Below, piece after piece: positions 63,988 through 64,000 of a stretch of 64,000 bases of DNA. This DNA comes from an uncultured Gammaproteobacteria bacterium (GTDB lineage Bacteria; Patescibacteriota; Patescibacteriia; Magasanikbacterales; GWA2-37-8), in the NCBI GenBank assembly GCA_964634875.1, contig CAZWKA010000002.1, forward strand, positions 15,590 through 79,589, in the 5' to 3' direction. The translations under genes and the position numbers were made by a program. The notes beneath the pieces were generated by a model. That model did not search any database, was not told the origin of the DNA, and saw nothing but the letters and a program-made list of their open reading frames with translations. Positions within the stretch are counted from its first letter, which is position 1, and every line of letters starts with the position of its first letter.

Positions 63988-64000
63988 ACGTACAGTTTTA

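Noticed and set aside
1-64000. Search for CRISPR arrays, rRNA genes, transposases or integrases, and phage structural genes.
   Set aside because: No regularly spaced direct repeats were found. There are no rRNA-like conserved stretches and no DDE, tyrosine or serine recombinase motifs. The only mobile-like signal is the tRNA-fragment scar near tRNA-Pro.

Overview
This ~64 kb window is from a small-genome bacterium. The gene content and architecture fit a CPR/Patescibacteria-like organism: a short rpoA lacking the alpha-CTD, a truncated AlaS, a PriA with degenerate helicase motifs, and many glycosyltransferases. This lineage assignment is an inference from the sequence only. Coding density is high and mostly on the minus strand.

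Main blocks, in order:
- Housekeeping genes: a D-Ala-D-Ala carboxypeptidase (5'-partial), a LigB-family protein, priA, def and fmt.
- A surface or protein glycosylation cluster (5.5-12.7 kb): an O-antigen-ligase-like protein, a DPM-synthase-like GT2, a GT39 PMT/ArnT-like mannosyltransferase, a GT2, a GT4 and a Wzx flippase.
- The ribosomal operon infA-rpmJ-rpsM-rpsK-rpsD-rpoA-rplQ-rplM-rpsI (minus strand), preceded by a textbook promoter. rpmJ is missing from the ORF track and was found by translation.
- gtrA, alaS, a large membrane protein, mnmA, a tandem zinc-ribbon protein and dus.
- A pentose-phosphate block containing an apparent Zwf-Gnd fusion, followed by tkt.
- A YtxH-like protein, the CCA-adding enzyme, pilT and tRNA-Pro(GGG).
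- A mosaic island downstream of the tRNA with a HEPN/Abi-like gene.
- A sugar-nucleotide and GT2 cluster: a nucleotidyltransferase, five GT2 genes, PGI/PMI, rmlD and rmlB. This is followed by ftsW/rodA, rpmA, an epimerase and ugd.
- A nonulosonic-acid (sialic-acid-like) pathway: a PseB-like dehydratase, an aminotransferase, a formyltransferase, a NeuC-like and a NeuB-like enzyme, flanked by an FkbM methyltransferase and an MsbA/PglK-like ABC exporter.

The most unusual signal is a set of nine small, visibly higher-GC, orphan ORFs. Their ATG starts are at 12894, 19959, 25467, 31555, 32351, 37790, 38551 and 39499 on the plus strand, and 61230 on the minus strand. Seven of the nine have a near-consensus sigma70-type promoter (often TTGACAA-17-TAnnnT) with a strong Shine-Dalgarno; the 38551 and 39499 cassettes have the strong Shine-Dalgarno but no convincing -35/-10. 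Every one ends in a strong intrinsic terminator. They look like horizontally acquired monocistronic cassettes. Two are adjacent secreted Cys-rich proteins, and one is an HD-domain protein.

No CRISPR array, rRNA gene or transposase was found.
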